In this document: piece by piece, positions 1-9,634 of the stretch | How the letters are laid out: the number at the start of each line of letters is the position of its first letter | Position numbering within the stretch: the first letter of the stretch is position 1 | From: Mucilaginibacter sp. | Lineage (GTDB): Bacteria > Bacteroidota > Bacteroidia > Sphingobacteriales > Sphingobacteriaceae | Assembly (NCBI GenBank): GCA_028288125.1 | Contig: JAQBOH010000193.1 | Coordinates: 7,850 to 71,849 of the forward strand | DNA length: 64,000 nucleotides | Direction of reading: 5' to 3' | The notes under the pieces: generated by a model | Told to the model about the DNA's origin: nothing | What the model saw: the letters and a program-made list of their open reading frames with translations, nothing else | Database searches by the model: none | Program-made: the position numbers and the translations under genes

Positions 1-1061
1 ACGCACGTGAGCAGGTGGCCAAATTGATCGGCGCCAGCGACAAGGAGATCATTTTTACTTCAGGCGCAACAGAATCAGATAACCTGGCGATAAAGGGTGT
101 ATTTGAAATGTACAAGGAAAAAGGCAACCATATCATCACCACGGTTACCGAGCACAAGGCTGTGCTTGACGCTTGTAAGCACGTTGAAAAACTAGGTGGA
201 ACAGTTACTTATCTCCCGGTTAAAGAAGACGGCATGCTTGACCTTGACCTGCTTGAAAAAAGCATGACCAGCGAAACGATTTTGGTTTCGGTGATGTACG
301 GCAACAACGAGATCGGTGTTATACAGCCTATAAAAGAAATTGCTGCTATAGCACATAAATATGGCGCGCTGTTTATGACAGATGCTACCCAGGCTGTCGG
401 CAAAATACCTGTTGATGTGAATAAAGACGGTATTGATCTATTGGCTTTATCGGCACATAAAATATACGGGCCTAAAGGCGTGGGCGCATTATACGTTCGC
501 CGCAAAGGTCCAAGGGTTAAAGTTACTGCACAAATTGACGGTGGTGGCCACGAGCGCGGCATGCGTTCTGGCACATTAAACGTACCGGGCATTGTTGGTT
601 TAGGCAAAGCCTGTGAATTATGCGGGCTAGAAATGGAAAGCGAAGCAAAACGCTTATCCGCTTTACGCGATAAACTGCAAACTTCGCTGCTGGAACTGGA
701 AGAAAGCTATGTGAACGGGAATACCGAACATCGTTTGCCGCATGTAGCCAACATTTCATTTAAATACGTTGAAGGCGAGGGATTGATGATGGCGATGAAG
801 GACCTGGCGGTATCGTCAGGCTCGGCCTGTACTTCGGCTTCTTTGGAGCCGTCGTATGTGTTGAAAAGCCTCGGCTTATCCGACGACCTGGCGCATTCAT
901 CTATCCGCTTCGGCTTAGGCCGGTTTACGACTGAGGAAGAAGTGGATTACGCAATAGAAGTAACAAAAAAATCTGTCCTGCACCTTCGCGAACTTTCGCC
1001 GCTATGGGAAATGTTTAAAGAAGGCATAGATCTGGATAAGATCGAGTGGGCGGAACATTAA
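1..1061 (+). CDS. iscS: Cysteine desulfurase IscS (5' end outside the window)
   Basis: [18 protein letters not shown] (PLP lysine) and SSGSACTS (catalytic Cys) motifs; frame is open upstream of the listed GTG at 15. Confidence 0.96.
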   Translation, partial: AREQVAKLIGASDKEIIFTSGATESDNLAIKGVFEMYKEKGNHIITTVTEHKAVLDACKHVEKLGGTVTYLPVKEDGMLDLDLLEKSMTSETILVSVMYGNNEIGVIQPIKEIAAIAHKYGALFMTDATQAVGKIPVDVNKDGIDLLALSAHKIYGPKGVGALYVRRKGPRVKVTAQIDGGGHERGMRSGTLNVPGIVGLGKACELCGLEMESEAKRLSALRDKLQTSLLELEESYVNGNTEHRLPHVANISFKYVEGEGLMMAMKDLAVSSGSACTSASLEPSYVLKSLGLSDDLAHSSIRFGLGRFTTEEEVDYAIEVTKKSVLHLRELSPLWEMFKEGIDLDKIEWAEH

Positions 1062-1175
1062 TTGATTTCGGATTTCGGAATTACCTCCCGAAGCTATCGG
1101 AATCGGATTTAATTTAAATAAAGTTGATTTAAAATCACTAATTCAATAGATCACTAATTCACTAATTATAAAGAT

Positions 1176-1589
1176 ATGGCTTATTCAGATAAAGTAATCG
1201 ATCACTATACCAACCCCCGCAATGTGGGTACTTTGGATAAAAGTAACCATAAAGTAGGTACCGGTTTGGTTGGCGCTCCTGAATGCGGCGACGTTATGCG
1301 TCTGCAGATACAGGTGGATGATAACAACATGATCACCGATGCCAAGTTCAAAACATTTGGCTGCGGCTCGGCTATCGCATCGTCTTCATTAGCTACCGAA
1401 TGGCTAAAAGGCAAAAGCATCGATGATGCTATGAAAATTGATAATATGGACATCGTGGAAGAATTAGCACTTCCGCCGGTTAAGATACACTGTTCGGTAC
1501 TGGCAGAAGATGCCATTAAGGCCGCCATTAATGATTACCGCGTAAAGAATGGCATGGCGCCGATCGAAAGCGAAAAAGTGCATCACTAA
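1176..1589 (+). CDS. iscU: Fe-S cluster scaffold IscU
   Basis: GAPECGDVM, FKTFGCGSAIASSS and LPPVKIHCS motifs; follows iscS. Confidence 0.97.
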   Translation: MAYSDKVIDHYTNPRNVGTLDKSNHKVGTGLVGAPECGDVMRLQIQVDDNNMITDAKFKTFGCGSAIASSSLATEWLKGKSIDDAMKIDNMDIVEELALPPVKIHCSVLAEDAIKAAINDYRVKNGMAPIESEKVHH

Positions 1590-1731
1590 GTAGTATCAAG
1601 TAGCTAGTATCAAGTATCAAGATTTTTCAATATCAGGATACGCCAGACTACTCATGCAATTACTTTAAAGCAGCAGATATCATTTACAAGTATTGTTTCG
1701 TACTTGCTACTTGATACTCGCTACTAATACT
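1589..1731. repeat. Inverted pair of heptamer tandem arrays
   Basis: TAGTATC AAGTAGC TAGTATC AAGTATC (1591-1618) and complementary TACTTGC TACTTGA TACTCGC TACTAAT (1701-1728). Confidence 0.85.
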
Positions 1732-1737
1732 AAAACA

Positions 1738-2064
1738 ATGGTTACCGTTACGGATAAAGCAAAAAGCAAGATAGAACACCTTATGCAGGATTCGGGCCTC
1801 GATGCCTCGTACTTCCTGCGTGTGTCTGTTCAGGGTGGTGGGTGCTCCGGCTTATCATATAACCTGGATTTTGACAACGAAATAAAAAAAGGCGACCAGT
1901 TTTTTGAAGATAAAGGCGTACGCATGGCTTTGGACATGAAGTCGTTCCTTTACCTGGCCGGTACCGAGCTCGATTTTTCGGATGGCTTAAACGGCAAAGG
2001 TTTTAACTTTCATAACCCCAATGCAAGCCGCACCTGTGGCTGCGGGGAAAGTTTTTCGGTGTAA
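1738..2064 (+). CDS. iscA: A-type Fe-S carrier (HesB/IscA family)
   Basis: GGGCSG and C-terminal CGCGESF motifs; ATG at 1738 preferred because the longer ORF start lies in the repeat region. Confidence 0.93.
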   Translation: MVTVTDKAKSKIEHLMQDSGLDASYFLRVSVQGGGCSGLSYNLDFDNEIKKGDQFFEDKGVRMALDMKSFLYLAGTELDFSDGLNGKGFNFHNPNASRTCGCGESFSV

Positions 2065-2086
2065 ACTTCTTCATCAATAAAATATT

Positions 2087-2115
2087 AAAGAGAGGCGCTA
2101 CTTGCGCCTCTCTTT
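2087..2115 (+). terminator. Intrinsic terminator of the isc operon
   Basis: AAAGAGAGGCGC-TACTT-GCGCCTCTCTTT hairpin 22 nt after the iscA stop. Confidence 0.75.
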
Positions 2116-2163
2116 GTTTAAACATGCCATTATCCGGAGTAAATGCCTTCCTGTTCAACGAAC

Positions 2164-2194
2164 AAAAAAAAGGCCGCCTTACGGCAGCCTCTTT
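2164..2194 (-). terminator. Intrinsic terminator (near-identical copy at 3311-3339)
   Basis: A-tract plus GGCCGCC-TTAC-GGCAGCC; reads as hairpin plus U-tract on the minus strand. Confidence 0.8.
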
Positions 2195-2222
2195 CATTAT
2201 ATATGTAGATTTAATTGGGAGC

Positions 2223-3089
2223 TTAGAACCTGGCCATCCTGTGATTGGCCGCCCCGCCTTGCGGGTTATTTTGAGTAAAGTGCTGACCGCCGCCATTGTG
2301 GTTGCCGCTATCCTGGCCCCTGTTTTGGTTTGAGGGTTGGTTATTCCATCCCTGGCCACGGCCTGGCTGAGCTTGCTGATAACCGCCTTGCCCTCTGTTG
2401 GGTTGAGCTGACTGTTGGTAGCTGCCCTGTCCCCTGTTTTGTTGTACAGGCTGGCTGAAACCGCCCTGGCTTCTGTCAAAACGTTGCCCCCTGTCTTGTT
2501 GTACAGGCTGGCTGTATCCGCCTTGTCCTTTGTCAAATCGCTGACCCCTGTTTTGGTCCATCGGCTGGCTGTAGCCGCCTTGTGCCCTGTTGTTATCAAA
2601 ATGCTGGCCGTTGTTTCTGCCATAATTAGCTGCGCGATCTGCGTTTGCATAGCCGCCACCGTTAAACCTGGCGTTCTGGTTACGAAACTCCGCAACTGCG
2701 TGTCCATTATATCTTGACCGGTAAACATCATCGTGCATATACGGACGTGGCGCCCTAACTTCGTACCTGCGTTCGCTTCTCCAATCGTAATCGCGGTAAA
2801 CGCCTGGTAAATAAGCTGCGGATATCCAGCTATCGCCATCATTGTAGTAGTAGCATTGTTCGCTAACGCTGTAATAAGCATCAACGTCCGGTAAATAGTA
2901 GTAATCATCACCACTGTTATAAACATCCGCAGCTGGTTCATTGTAAACCGGCTCCTGCACTACAACCCGCTGGCGGGTATAAACCGGGGTACCAAAATGT
3001 AAACCTAAACGTATTCCGATTTGCGCATCGGCAGTTGAATAAATTAAACCGCTTAATGCTATTGCTGATAATATTGTTAACTTTTTCAT
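2223..3089 (-). CDS. Secreted hypothetical protein with a Tyr-rich domain and Q/N/G/Y-rich repeat tail
   Basis: Signal peptide ending ADA|Q; YYYLPDVDAYY domain; repeats NRGQRFDxxQGGYSQPVQQ; paralog of 3370-3903. Confidence 0.85.
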   Translation of the reverse strand: MKKLTILSAIALSGLIYSTADAQIGIRLGLHFGTPVYTRQRVVVQEPVYNEPAADVYNSGDDYYYLPDVDAYYSVSEQCYYYNDGDSWISAAYLPGVYRDYDWRSERRYEVRAPRPYMHDDVYRSRYNGHAVAEFRNQNARFNGGGYANADRAANYGRNNGQHFDNNRAQGGYSQPMDQNRGQRFDKGQGGYSQPVQQDRGQRFDRSQGGFSQPVQQNRGQGSYQQSAQPNRGQGGYQQAQPGRGQGWNNQPSNQNRGQDSGNHNGGGQHFTQNNPQGGAANHRMARF

Positions 3090-3310
3090 TTTTTTAAATT
3101 ATATACCTCTATGACACTATACGGAGTACGATAGTTTAATGCTTATTTGCTATTATATTTTATTATGGCTAAGTTTCAATATATAATTCTTATAAATAAC
3201 GTTAAAACAAAATTTAATTTCTAAAATATGTCTATTAACATAAAAAACAATATAATATATTTTCATGTAACAACAATGTTAAAATCGCCTTTCAGGCAGG
3301 ATATCTGCAC

Positions 3311-3339
3311 AAAAAAAGGCCGCCTTACGGCAGCCTTTT
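3311..3339 (-). terminator. Intrinsic terminator
   Basis: AAAAAAAGGCCGCCTTACGGCAGCCTTTT, same core as 2164-2194. Confidence 0.8.
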
Positions 3340-3369
3340 CATAGTATATATTAGGAGTTGTTTGTTCTC

Positions 3370-3903
3370 TTAGTCGTCGTCGCGATCATGGTGTCTTTCG
3401 CCATGTTCCCGGTGTTCAAAGCGCTCACCACGTTGTTCGTTATCAAAACGACGTTCCTGTGGATAATTCTCATAACGACGATCGTAAACAGGGCGGTTCC
3501 ATTCTCTCATTTCGTGGCCGTTGTACCTGGCCCTATAAAAGTCATTGTGCAGGTAAGGTCGTGAAGCCCTTACTTCATAGCGGCGCATGTTCCTCCAGTC
3601 ATAACCGCGGTAAGCGCCAGGTAAATATGTGGTTGCAACCCAGTTGTAACCGTTATTATAATAGTAACATTGCCTGTTTACACTGTAATAAGCATCCACA
3701 TCCGGTAAATAATAGTAGTCGTCGTAATTGTTGTACACAACGGGAGCAGGCTCAGAATATACCGGTTCTTCAACCACAACCCGGTGGCGGGGATAAACCG
3801 GGGTACCAAAATTAAACCCCACATGAACGCCTACCTGCGCATCGGCAGTTTTACAAACTAAACCGCCTATTGCTATTGCTGATATTATAAGTAACTTTTT
3901 CAT
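3370..3903 (-). CDS. Secreted hypothetical protein, paralog of 2223-3089
   Basis: Signal peptide ending ADA|Q; shares FGTPVY, YYYLPDVDAYYSV, YLPGxYRxYDWR and RRYEVRAxRPY; charged R/E/H/D tail. Confidence 0.85.
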   Translation of the reverse strand: MKKLLIISAIAIGGLVCKTADAQVGVHVGFNFGTPVYPRHRVVVEEPVYSEPAPVVYNNYDDYYYLPDVDAYYSVNRQCYYYNNGYNWVATTYLPGAYRGYDWRNMRRYEVRASRPYLHNDFYRARYNGHEMREWNRPVYDRRYENYPQERRFDNEQRGERFEHREHGERHHDRDDD

Positions 3904-4114
3904 ATTCGTAATTTTTATACTTCTATGACCGTATAAAACAGACCGTGGTTTAATGTAAATCTGCCCGTATTTTATAAGTTACTATAAGTCAGAAATATAA
4001 TTTCAATATTTTATCCTATAAATTCTATGTTGTAACTATATTTCTACAAAACATATTTTAGAATTTGTTGGAGTTTAATTTAACTTTGGCTATCCATACA
4101 CTAATCTTACTTAT

Positions 4115-5371
4115 ATGAAAAAATCACTGTTCATATTGCTTCCGTTTATCGCAATAACCGGATTCATTTTGTTTAACGCTTTCAAAAAAGCCGGTTATAC
4201 AAATGCTGCGGATGCTGCTAGCGGCTTAACTGTTCCGGCCGGCTTTAATGCGGCTATAATCGCTGATAACCTCGGTTATGCCAGGCACATGGCCGCAACC
4301 CCCCAGGGCGACCTATATGTGCACCTGGCTGCTCCCAGAAATGGTAAAAGCATTATCGTTTTACACGATGACGGAACGAAAGCCGAAGTAAAAACAAGCT
4401 TTGGGAACTACGGCGGAACCGGCATTTCCATTAAAAACGGCTACTTATATGCTTCCTCAAATTCGGACGTTTTCAGGTATAAGTTAAATGCAAAAGATGA
4501 AGTGATCGACCCCGCGCGCCCCGAAAGGATAGTAACCGGATTAGTTAACAGAAGGATGCACGAAACCAAATCGCTTGCGCTCGACAATAGTGGCAATATC
4601 TATGTAAACATAGGCGCCTATTCAAATATCTGCAGTGAATTTGACAAGGATAAAAAAGGATGCCCTGTTTTAGAGGATGCAGCTGGTATCTGGCAGTTTA
4701 AAGTAGATAAACCTGATCAAAAACAGAGTGATGGCGTGCATTATGCTACCGGGCTAAGAAACGTAGTTGGCCTCGACTGGAATCAGCAGGACAACCAGCT
4801 ATTTGTAATGCAGCATGGCCGCGATGCTTTACACGATCTGTTCCCCAATTTATACAGCGTGCACCAATCAGCTGAATTACCTGCTGAATGCATGTTTGCG
4901 TTAAAAAGAGGCGCAAATGCAGGTTGGCCATATGTTTACTACGACTGGATGCAGCATAAAAACATGATGGGTCCTGAATATGGCGGCGACGGTAAAAAAG
5001 AAGCCGATAGTAAATACCTTAAACCGGTAGCAGCATATCCGGGTCACTTTGCACCGGATGGTTTGCTTTTTTATACCGGCAATCAGTTTCCGGCAAAATA
5101 TAAAAATGGTGCATTCATTGCTTTTCACGGTTCATGGAACAGGGCGCCGGAGGCGCAGGCAGGATATTTTGTTGTTTTTCAGCCATTTAAAAACGGCCGC
5201 CCTTCTGGCCAATACGAAGTATTTGCTGATGGTTTTGCAGGCACCCCCGAGCAAAAAGCATCCGGCCGGGCAGTTCACCGCCCATGCGGACTGGCACAAA
5301 GCGCCGATGGCTCACTTTATGTAAGTGACGATAACAAAGGCACGATCTATAAAATCACCTATAAGAAATAA
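4115..5371 (+). CDS. PQQ-dependent sugar/sorbosone dehydrogenase-family beta-propeller protein
   Basis: ATGLRNVVG, GWPY, FHGSWNR, HRPCGL and DGSLYVSDD motifs; signal peptide; TAACTTTG promoter box at 4081-4088. Confidence 0.85.
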   Translation: MKKSLFILLPFIAITGFILFNAFKKAGYTNAADAASGLTVPAGFNAAIIADNLGYARHMAATPQGDLYVHLAAPRNGKSIIVLHDDGTKAEVKTSFGNYGGTGISIKNGYLYASSNSDVFRYKLNAKDEVIDPARPERIVTGLVNRRMHETKSLALDNSGNIYVNIGAYSNICSEFDKDKKGCPVLEDAAGIWQFKVDKPDQKQSDGVHYATGLRNVVGLDWNQQDNQLFVMQHGRDALHDLFPNLYSVHQSAELPAECMFALKRGANAGWPYVYYDWMQHKNMMGPEYGGDGKKEADSKYLKPVAAYPGHFAPDGLLFYTGNQFPAKYKNGAFIAFHGSWNRAPEAQAGYFVVFQPFKNGRPSGQYEVFADGFAGTPEQKASGRAVHRPCGLAQSADGSLYVSDDNKGTIYKITYKK

Positions 5372-5377
5372 GATGGT

Positions 5378-5450
5378 GATTTCACCGATGTTAGTTTGAT
5401 TACACCGATTAATTGATAATCGGTGTAATCAAACTAACATCGGTGAAATC
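5378..5450. repeat. Perfect 34-bp inverted repeat with 5-nt loop between convergent genes
   Basis: GATTTCACCGATGTTAGTTTGATTACACCGATTA / TAATCGGTGTAATCAAACTAACATCGGTGAAATC. Confidence 0.95.
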
Positions 5451-5453
5451 CTG

Positions 5454-6203
5454 CTATCCAAACCAATCAAACAGGTCGTTCTGCCTCAATATGGATTTGC
5501 CGGCAGCATCAATATCCTTCACTATCAAGCCCTCTCCCATTAAAATCAGCCGGTTGCCATAATTGTAGGCGTCTTTTAAATTATGGGTAATGAGGATGGC
5601 GGTTAGCCGGTAATCCTTGATTAATTTATCCGCAGTGCGCATAACAAGAGCGGCGGAGCGCGGGTCGAGAGCGGCGGTGGGTTCGTCAAGCAGCAATATT
5701 TTACAGGTGTCCATTACGCTCATCAGCAAAGTTAGCGCCTGTCGTTGTCCCCCGGATAAGGTGCCCATAGGCTGGTCGATCTTACTTTCGAGGCCCATGC
5801 CCAGGGTGCTGATCCTTTCTTTTACCTGCTTTTTAAAATCCTCATTGATGCCGATCGATAGCCCTTTGGGTTTGGTACGTATGGCCGCCAGCCTGAAATT
5901 ATCTAGTATGCTCAGATCCGAAGCGGTGCCGCTTACCGGGTTTTGAAAAACACGGGCTATCCACCGGCTGCGCCGGTAATCGGGCAATTTGGTTACATCA
6001 TCACTATCGACAAGGATACCCCCTGAGGTGGGAAGCACACTCCCGGCAACCATATCAAGCAAGGTTGTTTTACCCGACCCATTAGCGCCGACGATAACAA
6101 CAAACTCGCCCTCTTCGACCTCAAGGCTAACGCCGTTTACGGCATTCACCTGGTTAGCCTTGCCGGGATTGAAGGCTTTGTGGAGGTTTTGGAGAACGAT
6201 CAT
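5454..6203 (-). CDS. ABC transporter ATP-binding protein
   Basis: Walker A GANGSGKT, signature LSGGQRQ, Walker B LLLDEPT, H-loop ITH. Confidence 0.95.
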   Translation of the reverse strand: MIVLQNLHKAFNPGKANQVNAVNGVSLEVEEGEFVVIVGANGSGKTTLLDMVAGSVLPTSGGILVDSDDVTKLPDYRRSRWIARVFQNPVSGTASDLSILDNFRLAAIRTKPKGLSIGINEDFKKQVKERISTLGMGLESKIDQPMGTLSGGQRQALTLLMSVMDTCKILLLDEPTAALDPRSAALVMRTADKLIKDYRLTAILITHNLKDAYNYGNRLILMGEGLIVKDIDAAGKSILRQNDLFDWFG

Positions 6204-6206
6204 TCG

Positions 6207-6322
6207 GCCCCCTCTAAATCTCCCCCGGAAGGGGAGACTTTAAAAACATTTATTTTAATAAAGGATTTTTTCATAATCGAATTTAATTAAGTCTTCCCTT
6301 CCGGGGGAGATTTAGAGGGGGC
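6207..6322. repeat. Inverted doublet of a 34-bp REP-like element inside the ABC operon
   Basis: GCCCCCTCTAAATCTCCCCCGGAAGGGGAGACTT (6207-6240) and its reverse complement with 1 mismatch (6289-6322). Confidence 0.9.
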
Positions 6323-7188
6323 TACCTCGCCCTTACCATTATCCTTGGCAAACTAACGATCACTAATACAAATGCCGCGGTTACAAGCTTTAACAGGTTC
6401 GCGTCAACACCTATGTCCAGCGTTACAGCCAGCACCAGTTGAAATATTACCGCACCGGCAAGCACCAATATTAAACTGAGCCACACCGTCGTGATCCGAA
6501 ACCAATTGATCAGCGTTTCCGCGATAATGACAGAGCCCAAACCAACGATCACAATCCCGATTCCCATGCTAATATCCGTAAACCCCTGGAACTGGCTAAT
6601 CAGATACCCGCTTACCGCGGTTAAGGCATTGGCCAGCGCAAGACCGATGATTTTCATTCTATCGGTGTTAACACCCAATGAGCGTATCATTGATTCGCTA
6701 TTACCTGTCGCGCGCATGGCAATACCAAAATCGGTTTTGAGCACGTAACCTATTATGCCCGTAATAATGACGACGAAAATAGCCAATATCCAGAATGTGT
6801 TATGGTTGGGATCTCCGCTTATAATAATTACGGAGAACAGCGAAGACACATTAATCAACGGCAAATTCGACCGGCCCATTAGCGATAAATTGACTGAATA
6901 CAGGGCAGTCATCACCAAAATACCGGCCAGCAGGGCATTTATTTTAAGCTTAGTATGAATAAGACCGGTTAATGCGCCCGCCAAGCCTCCCGCTAAGATC
7001 ACAGCGGGAAGGATAATGTATCCCGGCTGGTGATGTGTGAGCAAAATAGCCGTAACCACGCCGCCGAGTGTATAGCTGCCATCGGTAGTAATATCCGGAA
7101 TGTTAAATATTTTCATGGAAATATATATCCCCAGCGCCAGCGCCGAAAAGCAAAGTCCCTGTAATAGCGCGGTGAGGTAAAAATCCAT
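6322..7188 (-). CDS. ABC transporter permease
   Basis: Hydrophobic; PDITTDGS and GIAMRATGN motifs; lies between the binding protein and ATPase genes. Confidence 0.92.
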   Translation of the reverse strand: MDFYLTALLQGLCFSALALGIYISMKIFNIPDITTDGSYTLGGVVTAILLTHHQPGYIILPAVILAGGLAGALTGLIHTKLKINALLAGILVMTALYSVNLSLMGRSNLPLINVSSLFSVIIISGDPNHNTFWILAIFVVIITGIIGYVLKTDFGIAMRATGNSESMIRSLGVNTDRMKIIGLALANALTAVSGYLISQFQGFTDISMGIGIVIVGLGSVIIAETLINWFRITTVWLSLILVLAGAVIFQLVLAVTLDIGVDANLLKLVTAAFVLVIVSLPRIMVRAR

Positions 7189-8160
7189 TTATTTAACCGG
7201 TTGAAAATTGGGTGGAACAGTGATATGATATTTTTTTGCCGCTTCAACATTATATACACGTCTCCGCACTTTCACCATTTCGGGTTGCAGGCCTGCGGTG
7301 CTATGGCTTTTTAAGAATTGCGCCGCCTGTTCGCCGGCCTGGTAGCCCCATTGGTAAATGTCGGCGCCAAAAGCAGCTACCGCGCCACGCTGCACAAGCC
7401 CGGCCTCGCTGGTAAATATGGGCACGTTCTTCTGGTTGCAGCTTCTTAATATGGTTTCGAAGGATGCAAATACTGTATTATCCGGGTTGGCAAAAAATGC
7501 ATCTATATTTTTACTGAGCAGCGACTGGGTAACCAGTTGCGCATCGGCAGAAGAATTTAGCGGTAAAGCGATTAAAGTAATATTTGACCTATCTGCCAGA
7601 CTCTGTATCCGTTTCATAGCATCAACTGATTGCGGTTCCGACTGGTTATAGATCATCCCTATAACCAATTTACCGGACCGGGGTTTGATGAATTTAGGGA
7701 TGTATGAAAACGACGTGTCGATGTAATTAAAATCTTCAACTGCGCCAAATAAATTAGGCTGGCTTTTACCCTGGGCATCCTGCAAATTCATCACCCTCAC
7801 CGTAGGCGAAACCATCACAAAAATGGGAATAGTTTTGGTTTTTTGCGCAGCGGTTATGCTTGATAATGTGGTACAGGTGGCCATCAGGTCAACCTTTTCG
7901 GATACAAAATAATTGATGATCTGCGTCAGCGTGGGAATGCTCCCCTGCGCGTTGCGGTATTCTATCGTTATGTTTTTATCAGCTTCGCTGAAGCCGTTTT
8001 TCTTGAGAGCGTCGGTAAACCCGGTTCGGGCCGGCGCGATAGTAGCATCTTCAAATGCATCCACAAAGCCAATAACAGGAACAGAACTTTTAGATCGCGG
8101 GTGGCAGGAAACAGCGACCACGACTATCAAACACAATAAAATGAATTTCATTAGCTTCAT
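7189..8160 (-). CDS. ABC transporter substrate-binding lipoprotein (ABC_sub_bind-like)
   Basis: Lipobox AVSC; NAQG, PDNTV and GYQAGEQAAQ motifs; operon context. Confidence 0.88.
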   Translation of the reverse strand: MKLMKFILLCLIVVVAVSCHPRSKSSVPVIGFVDAFEDATIAPARTGFTDALKKNGFSEADKNITIEYRNAQGSIPTLTQIINYFVSEKVDLMATCTTLSSITAAQKTKTIPIFVMVSPTVRVMNLQDAQGKSQPNLFGAVEDFNYIDTSFSYIPKFIKPRSGKLVIGMIYNQSEPQSVDAMKRIQSLADRSNITLIALPLNSSADAQLVTQSLLSKNIDAFFANPDNTVFASFETILRSCNQKNVPIFTSEAGLVQRGAVAAFGADIYQWGYQAGEQAAQFLKSHSTAGLQPEMVKVRRRVYNVEAAKKYHITVPPNFQPVK

Positions 8161-8182
8161 GGCCTCTAAGATAAAGAATAGA

Positions 8183-8272
8183 GCTGAAAGCTTAAAGCAA
8201 AAAGACCAAAGCTAAAAGCACCCATTCTCTGACGTAAATAAAAGGCTTTTTGCTTTCTGCTTTAAGCTTTCA
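8183..8272. repeat. Inverted pair of heptamer tandem arrays
   Basis: GCTGAAA GCTTAAA GCAAAAA GACCAAA GCTAAAA then GCTTTTT GCTTTCT GCTTTAA GCTTTCA. Confidence 0.85.
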
Positions 8273-8308
8273 CCTCCTCTGAAGCTTTTTCCTTATTTTA
8301 GCCCCCGA

Positions 8309-9454
8309 ATGACACCTCTTATCTCAAAATTACCTGCTATAGGGACCAATATTTTTACAATAATGTCGGGTTTGGCAACCGAAGTTGGCGCTATTAACCT
8401 ATCGCAGGGGTTTCCTGATTTTAATACTTCACCCGAACTCATCGGGCTGGTTAACACCGCCATGAAAAACGGTCAAAACCAATATGCGCCAATGCCGGGC
8501 GTAATGGCTTTGCGCGAGCAGGTAGCACGCAAAACCGAAAAACTATATGGCGCAGTTTACAACCCTGATACCGAGATCACCATTACCGCGGGCGGCACAC
8601 AGGCCATATTTACTGCTATAACCGCCATTATAAACCCCAATGACGAGGTAATTATATTCGAGCCGGCCTATGACTGTTACGCACCTGCTATTAAATTGAT
8701 GGGCGGCATCGTAAAATCGCTTGAGCTGGAACCGCCAGATTACCGTATAGCCTGGGACATGGTAAAAAGGCTCATCAATAGCAAAACCCGGATGATCATC
8801 CTAAATTCGCCGCAAAACCCAACTGCGACCATCCTGCACAAGGAAGATATCGACGAATTATGTGCGATCGTAAAAAACCAGGATATACTGATATTGAGCG
8901 ATGAGGTGTACGAGCACCTGGTATTCGACGGTGAAAAACACCACAGCATGGCTAAGTACGCCGAGTTACGGAAACGCAGCTTTATCGTATCCTCGTTCGG
9001 AAAAACGCTGCATGCCACGGGCTGGAAATTGGGCTACTGCGTAGCACCGGCTCCGTTAATGCAGGAATTCAGGAAGGTGCACCAATTTTTAGTTTTCAGC
9101 GTTAATACACCATTACAATATGCCATTGCGGAATATTTAAAGAATGAAGATCATTATTTAAGCCTGCCGGATTTTTTCCAGCAAAAGCGCGATTATTTCC
9201 GCAAAGGCCTTGAGCAAACCCGTTTTGAGCTATTGCCATGTTATGGTTCATATTTTCAATCGGTTGGCTTTAAAAAGATAACAGACGAGAAGGACGTTGA
9301 CTTTGCCCTGCGTCTAACAAAAGAGATCGGCGTGGCATCAATACCTACATCAGTGTTTTATACGCAGGGAACTGATCACCAGGTTTTGCGGTTTTGCTTC
9401 GCCAAAAAGGAAGAAACGCTTGATAAGGCACTTGAGCGGTTGGTGAAATTGTAG
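8309..9454 (+). CDS. ybdL: PLP-dependent class I aminotransferase (YbdL / methionine aminotransferase-like)
   Basis: INLSQGFPDF, NSPQNPT, SDEVYEH, SFGKTLHATGWKLG and RFCFAK motifs. Confidence 0.88.
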   Translation: MTPLISKLPAIGTNIFTIMSGLATEVGAINLSQGFPDFNTSPELIGLVNTAMKNGQNQYAPMPGVMALREQVARKTEKLYGAVYNPDTEITITAGGTQAIFTAITAIINPNDEVIIFEPAYDCYAPAIKLMGGIVKSLELEPPDYRIAWDMVKRLINSKTRMIILNSPQNPTATILHKEDIDELCAIVKNQDILILSDEVYEHLVFDGEKHHSMAKYAELRKRSFIVSSFGKTLHATGWKLGYCVAPAPLMQEFRKVHQFLVFSVNTPLQYAIAEYLKNEDHYLSLPDFFQQKRDYFRKGLEQTRFELLPCYGSYFQSVGFKKITDEKDVDFALRLTKEIGVASIPTSVFYTQGTDHQVLRFCFAKKEETLDKALERLVKL

Positions 9455-9460
9455 TGGGGA

Positions 9461-9622
9461 GTCCTTGGCCGATAGCCCATGGAGATAAGCGGTTAAATAA
9501 GATGAATTTTGGTCTGGCGCGTATTGCCAATAGCGGACGAACCACGGAAGTGAATTAAATTAGATGCATTTGGATATTTTTTACAATAGTGACTATGGTC
9601 TATCGACCATGGGCTATGGACT
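9461..9622. repeat. Inverted pair of heptamer arrays (GACYATG family)
   Basis: GTCCTTG GCCGATA GCCCATG ... GACTATG GTCTATC GACCATG GGCTATG GACT; same family as 35203-35294. Confidence 0.75.
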
Positions 9623-9634
9623 AAAAACCAAACT

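Noticed and set aside
2003-2941. 312-aa alternative-frame ORF over the secreted repeat protein
   Set aside because: Same-strand shadow of 2223-3089; the repeats lack stops in this frame; no signal or domain; runs through two terminators
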